Both the position numbers and the translations under genes were made by a program. Source: Octopus vulgaris (Eukaryota). Taken from it: a DNA stretch of 64,000 bases. Under the pieces are notes generated by a model. It was not told the DNA's origin and ran no database searches. It worked only from the letters and a program-made list of their open reading frames with translations. The stretch is from positions 76,570,001 through 76,634,000 of the forward strand of contig OX597820.1 of assembly GCA_951406725.2 (NCBI GenBank). Reading direction: 5' to 3'. Positions 57,916 through 64,000 of the stretch are shown piece by piece (position 1 is the first letter of the stretch; every line of letters begins with the position of its first letter).

Positions 57916-59110
57916 TAATATTATAGCGAAGAAAATGTGATCTGAAAGGATGCATTGAGCAACTTATATGCATCGCTCAGGAAGACGCTTCGAGAACTAA
58001 TTACATCATGTTCCAAATAGATAAGAGCAGCGAGTTTCCCCTTTGGAGGATGTGTGACAGTAGAAACGAAAGAATCTCACCTATTGTGTGTGAGTGTGGC
58101 AAGCTGTCCCAAGATTACTACAAAAATTAGGCTATGGACACTGCACGAGTGCGTACGGAATGGTTTCGTCGCTCTGACCGCATCTCGAGCAAGTCGGTCC
58201 ATTGTATCTCGAACCGTGCCTGTAGAGCTTATCCCACTGGAGGCTATGTGAAATGTACTGCCTGAACAGAACACGGAAATGGTACGAGCATGAACCTGAA
58301 GGAGTCACCATGAACAAGGGATATAAGTTTCCGTGGGACTTTATATTCCAATGTAACTCCCTAATCGAGGATCAGAGACACAGTTATTGTTATGGCAGGG
58401 AAAGAAAAAGGAAACCAAGGTTACACATATTATCATACCTGTGGATGCACGCATGAGTAACAAACAATTAGAAAAGATTGAAAAGTGCTAAATACTAAAA
58501 GATGAAATTGCAAGCATGTGGATTATAGAGAGAGTGTCTGTTATTGCAGTAGTTGTAAGGGTACTCGGAGTACTAACAACCAAGTTCGAGAGATATGCCA
58601 GAGAAATCGGAATCGCTATGAGAACAGAGAAAGCCCCAAAAGCTGGTCTGCCGCGGACAGCTATGATTTTGAGACTGGTGTTTGGGTGTAGAATGTCTCG
58701 CACGATAAGTAATAACGAAGCATCAAAGCATATATTGTGCGCAAAGAGAACCTGTGAGGCCTCTGTCGGCAGGCTGCTGTTCGCAGTCCCAGAATCTGCC
58801 AGAACAAACAGTCTACGAAAACTATTGTCTATGTAATCTCAAAAGAGTTTTAAATGTACATAACAGTAAACACTTTTTACTATCATCTTAACATCAGACT
58901 ACCATCTTAACAAATTTCTCTTAAAACAAACTTTTAATTTACTTATATGTTGACGGACGCTCTCGGGAAGAATACTTTGTGCAAAATTAAATATATAGTA
59001 CTCTAGTCATAACGCCAACTTGGACTTGTAACTTGTAACTTGTTATTTCTTGAGGTCTCTGGGTGAGACTTGGAGTCAACTTTTACAAATACAAAGCAAA
59101 AATCATAATA
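56890..59110 (+). mobile_element. Stack of 5'-truncated R4/Dong-like LINE 3' ends separated by (AAT)n tracts
   Basis: The same 3' tail (...caacttgtacaaatacaaagcaaa then AAT repeats) occurs at about 56894-57055, 57589-57780 and 58920-59105. Coding remnants WYEHEPEGV, PWDFIFQCN and VIAVVVRVLG. Confidence 0.8.
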
Positions 59111-59163
59111 AAATAATAATATCAATAAAAATAATAATGATTATGATGATGATGATAATAATA

Positions 59164-59214
<51 letters not shown>

Positions 59215-59249
59215 GTGGTGGTGATGATGATAATAATAATAATAATTAA

Positions 59250-59670
59250 GTCGTTTATTGGTCACAATGGCTTACATAAAATTACATTAAATGACATACA
59301 ACATAAAAGACAAAATTGGCCGATACAATGGGTTATATATATTGTAAACAATATATATAACGATTAAGAATTAAACAATTTAAAGCTCTCAACAGGGGTG
59401 GCGCTTTAAGGTCCACCTGGGCAAACCCACAAAAGCCACGTGTGCCTAAACAACAGGGCAAGACCTAAACAACGGTCTTCGATTCTCTTTTTACAGGTGT
59501 ACCCTTTCACACTGACCATTCTTCCAGCATTCACCCCACTTTCGACAAACTTGCTACAAGGCAACACTTCCCTATCCACCCTCAACTTCCTTTTCAAGTG
59601 AAACTTGAAAGAGTTGGTGATGGCTTGGCCAAAGAGGAAAAGGTTAGGATATTTAGATAAAAATAGATAA

Positions 59671-59731
<61 letters not shown>

Positions 59732-60155
59732 CAGACAGATAGAAAGAATGCTTCTCGATAGCACTGTCAGGCCAGGGATGTTTGGTGATTGTCCTGAACA
59801 GGCGGATCAGGTGTTCTTCGTTGAATGTCAGATTCTGCCTGAGAACGTCGTCGCAACTCCCCTCCATTAAGCTTCTAAAGAACACCTTCGTGGAATTGAA
59901 GTCGCAAAAGTTTGGTCCTGGACGGCAGCGTTGCTTGAAAGCAAGGCGGCACACGCGGTGCCATTCGTCTAGCCTCGGTCTCTGTTTGATCCACGACTGC
60001 AGCTCGGCCAAAGAGACGAGCTGCATGAAAGCGCGCCGAACAAACGGTGACCACACCTGTTCACCGTCGTCTACGAAGCGCCGGAGATGTCTTAGCGCAT
60101 GTCTGCGCACCATCAACCACGTCATGCCCAGCTCTCCATTTAGCGGGTGTTGACA
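59250..60155 (-). mobile_element. 3' fragment of an L1/Tx1-like LINE with an internal (GATA)n expansion
   Basis: Post-RT remnant HPLNGELGMTWL (GGLG-like) and a basic C-terminal region FKFHLKRKLRVDRE. The clade assignment is tentative. Confidence 0.55.
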
Positions 60156-60159
60156 GCAA

Positions 60160-61031
60160 TTGGAAAGCCTAACCATATCAACGCATAACTATTCGGTCAA
60201 GATTAGTAACGGGTCTGTGGAAACTATTATTCATGACCATTTGCATATGCAAAAGGTGTCTGCCAGATGGATTCCCAGGTTGCTCACACCTTTCCAGAAG
60301 CAAGAACGTGTCGAGTGCTCGAGGATGAATTTGGAGATGTGCCAAGAAGATGAATCAACATTTTTCAAAAGACTGATTACACAGGATGAAACCTGGGTCC
60401 ATCACTATTCTCCAGAGACCAAAGCCAAGTCAATGAAATGGAAGCACCGTGACTCACCTCCTCCAAAGAAGGCAAGGGTGCAGCCCTCCGCTGGCAAGGT
60501 CATGTTCACAGTCTTCTGGGACCAGGACGGCGTAGTGATGACAGATTTTCTGGCAAAGGGTACCACAAGTACAGGAGCCTATTATGCTTCACTTTTGAGG
60601 AAATTAAGAGAAGCTATCAAAATCAAGAGGCGGGGCAAGATCAGCAAAGGCATCCTCCTCCTGCAGGACAACACTCCGGTCCACAACTCGTGTGTCGCCA
60701 GATCAGAAGCACAGGCGTGCGGCTATGAACCCCTCCCCATCCCCCTACTCTCCTGACCTTGCACCCTCTGATTTTCACCTTCCCAGCCATGAAGTTGTTT
60801 TTGAAAGAAAAGCGTTTCCCAGATGATGCAGCCTTTCTGAAGTCACGTCGTGGTTGGAGGACCAAGCTGGAGTCTTCTACAAAAACGGTCTCCAGAGCAG
60901 CATCAAACGATGGGAGAAATGCGTAACTCTGGGTGGTTCCTATGTAAAAAAAGACTAATAACTGTGCCAAGTTTCGTTGCTCTACTGCTGTGGGAAGTGG
61001 GTCAGTGGCATTACTTATTGAACGCCCCTCG
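60160..61031 (+). mobile_element. 5'-truncated mariner transposon (DD34D) with a frameshifted transposase
   Basis: WIPRLLT, ITQDETWVHHYSPE, LLQDNTPVH and frameshifted YSPDLAPSDFHL; 3' TIR ...ttattgaacgcccctcg followed by TA. Confidence 0.93.
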
Positions 61032-61039
61032 TACATACA

Positions 61040-61059
61040 TAAATGCATACATACGTAAG

Positions 61060-61156
<97 letters not shown>

Positions 61157-61170
61157 ATATATATATATAT

Positions 61171-61250
<80 letters not shown>
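61040..61250. repeat. (GATA)n microsatellite; representative of dozens of (TA)n, (AAT)n, (CA)n and (TATG)n tracts in the window
   Basis: Direct inspection. Confidence 0.97.
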
Positions 61251-62824
61251 GGGAAGAGGGATGTTTTTAGTAATGCTCTTCGTAGTGTTTAATGCATATT
61301 GTATTAATTTACTTTGTGTTTCTCATGTTTACAGGCGCTGGATCTATGCCTTTTATATAATTTTATGTTTAAGAGCTATACATATATTTAACTATACATA
61401 TATTTCGTTTCTTTTGTTCATCTATATGTTGACTTCTTATAATTCCAACTTTTACGATCCTGCAGTTATTTAGCAGAAGTATTTTAAGTAGATTCCTCTA
61501 CGCCTTGATGATAATGTGAACCAGTTTGCATGGGTTTTATATTTGTAGATACTAATTGTAACGATATAGTAGTTCTTTGTTTATTTTATATCCTCGGAAT
61601 TATTGCTCGAGGTTATTTTGTGATGGGAGTATAATAAAGAATGTAAGGCTGAGGTTGGTGGTAATGTTCGTATTTTAAGTAACATGTTTCTGTTATGTTT
61701 ATAGAGCTGCAATGCTTTTATGGTGAAGTGTAAAACCTTAACAAACAAATAAAAATGTATTACGAGTTTATAAAATATTTCTCAAGCACTGATAGTGAAA
61801 TTAAAGAAATAACTAAATAAATGTTAGACAAACAATGTAGATGTTTTATATCAGATGTAAGTGACGGATATTGAATGTATTCTGGCATTTCCTGAATGAT
61901 TAAAACTAGAAACAGAAAAAAATACAAAATTATTTCCGGAACGACAATGTATGGAAGGGTAGACATTCACAATGGACTTTGTAAAACAAAGGTATTTTTC
62001 GGAGTTGTTATTGTTCTATTATTTCACTTTAAAAGAAGTTCACACTTGTTATAGTGTACAACAGACTATAATTATTCAAAGAACTGAAGTAGTTTATCAT
62101 GATTAGGGACACAAACCTATACCATTAAAGATGACAGTTGTTTTCTGATACAGTTCCTTTGTACATTAAAAGCGCAAATTCACTTTTATTTCCCTTTTTT
62201 ATATCATTTTACAGCGATGTGTATTATCAAAGCGACAAAGACTTTCGTCATACCAATTTCGATACTGTTATTGATTTTCACGGTATCTATTTCTGAGAAG
62301 TATACATTAAAGGAATAAAGAAAATATTCATGTTGCAAAAGAAATCAAATCTCGTTAAAGTTTATTTGGTCATAATAAGGATATATTGTTTGTTGGAGAA
62401 TTTATCTGAGCTAGTGTTATGTGAGTAGTAGGAAGGGGAACTTGTACTACAGTTTCGTAAATTATTCGAGGGAAGTAAACCTCGCGGGTAAAATAATAAA
62501 TATGTACGAAATATATAGGATGGATTAAATACTCCAAGTTGTCAGAATACCAAATTGGTATACTAAAAATTTCAAAATAAAATAAGATATCTACTAAAAT
62601 TCTGCTACGAAATCTATGTATATAATAAAAGAGTTGTTTTAATAACGAGGAAATGTGTTTATAGACTGCTATCTATTTTAATTGTTCAGGTAAAAAGTTA
62701 CAACTCGGGTCTCTATTGGCTTACACGCAAAGAGAAATCTGATAAGAAAATGTTAATTCTCACCCATTTAGTGCTCACATAAGTAGGAATCAAATGGTTG
62801 TCCTGCTTTCTAATATTGATTTCA

Positions 62825-63285
62825 GATTTCGGTACAAGGCCAGCAAATTTGGATGAGGGCTAAGTCAATTACATGGACTCCAGAATATATCTGGTACTTA
62901 TTTTATCAACCTCTAAAAGATGTAAGACAAAGTCCATCTTGGCAGCATCTGATCTCAGAATGTAAAGACGGACAAATACGGCTAAGCATTTACCCAGCAT
63001 GCTTACGATTCTGCCAGCTCACTGTCCTATACTGTTTTTTAAATATTGAATAGCATAGCAATGGCAACGTGCTGACAGAATCATTAGCACACCGGGCAAA
63101 GTGCTTACAGGCATTTCGTCCGTCTTTATGTGTTTTGTCCAAATACCGTCCAGGTCAACTTTGCCTTTCATCGTTTCGGAATCGATAAAATAAGTTCCAG
63201 CTTAGAACAGGACAGAGGTCTGTGTAAACTAGATAGCCACTTCCCTGAAATTATTGGTCTTGTGCAAAGATTTGAAACCAATATC
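62825..63285. mobile_element. Two diverged SINE family A copies in head-to-head orientation
   Basis: Minus copy at about 62825-63025 and plus copy at about 63060-63285. Confidence 0.7.
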
Positions 63286-64000
63286 AAATAACATAGTAAT
63301 TAATGACAACATGATAAAAGTGTCTTCCTGCTGATTTAGCAAACATTACTTTTGCAATTTTAGTAAGGGAGCAAATATTTCAACGTCCAATTTATGATGA
63401 AACAAAAGACAACCTTTATTTGTATTCTAAAGCTTGTTTTTTTCTATATCGATAATTGCTTCTTCTAACGTCTCCAAAGACTGTTTGAAAATTTGGTATT
63501 CATTATATTAGTTAGAATAAAACTGAACATCGCATCAACATTCAAATTCTAGGGAAACATTGCTGGTAATAGGCAGTTTTGTTTCACAACGACAGAAAAT
63601 AATTAGATTAGTTGTGAACTGAAGTTATGCTTTCCTGGAGGTACGTGATGCAATCATAATATAATTTCTGAAGAATTTCGTCCCCCGAAGATGTGAAATA
63701 CGCTCAATAGCTAAACAACACACATCCGCAGACATGGGAGAGAACGTGATTGCAAAGGGCGTGTCATTGATGAGATCACGATGTAAAATCTTTGACAAGC
63801 CAAGGGTTGATTAATTAATTAACCGAATAGTTACTCAAAAAATCGATTGCTTTATCGGTCAACTAGTTAACCAATTGATATATGCAAAAATAAAGAAGTG
63901 AAACTGAACCAGTGTGTGTTGTGTTTATTATTGGCATAATGATCTTACAGACATACAAGAATATATACTTCATGGCACGAGTTCACATCTAGAACTCCGC

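Noticed and set aside
60160-60756. Intact or domesticated (SETMAR-like) transposase gene
   Set aside because: 5' truncated and frameshifted before the YSPDL motif; no SET domain.
61760-61966. Hydrophobic minus-strand ORF as an upstream TM1-2 exon
   Set aside because: Lacks the GNVWRFP and GGGAF motifs; consistent with AT-rich noise.

Overview
AT-rich, microsatellite-saturated animal genomic DNA. The repeat content (tRNA-derived SINE families, R4/Dong-like LINE remnants in (TAA)n, many mariner relics) looks like Octopus or another coleoid cephalopod; this is an inference. The window lies inside one large minus-strand gene, an SLC6 (Na+/Cl- neurotransmitter:sodium symporter) transporter most like the amino-acid (glycine/proline) branch. 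Three exons splice in frame with GT-AG sites: 53809-53633, 42952-42895 and 8040-7773, across introns of about 10.7 kb and 34.9 kb. The start and end of the gene were not found in the window. Everything else is intronic repeat DNA, and almost all ORFs in the track are microsatellite artefacts or transposon fragments. The most notable signals are: (1) a tRNA-headed SINE-like element whose tail folds as a minimal type I hammerhead ribozyme (22898-22943), arranged head-to-head with a deleted inverted copy, plus several degenerate hammerhead-like motifs elsewhere; (2) several long inverted repeats anchored in (TA)n tracts, including a spacer-less 396-bp palindrome and an element with perfect 117-bp inverted arms; (3) a fold-back element built from two mariner 3' ends; (4) candidate alternative exons in the extracellular loop 2 region of the transporter.
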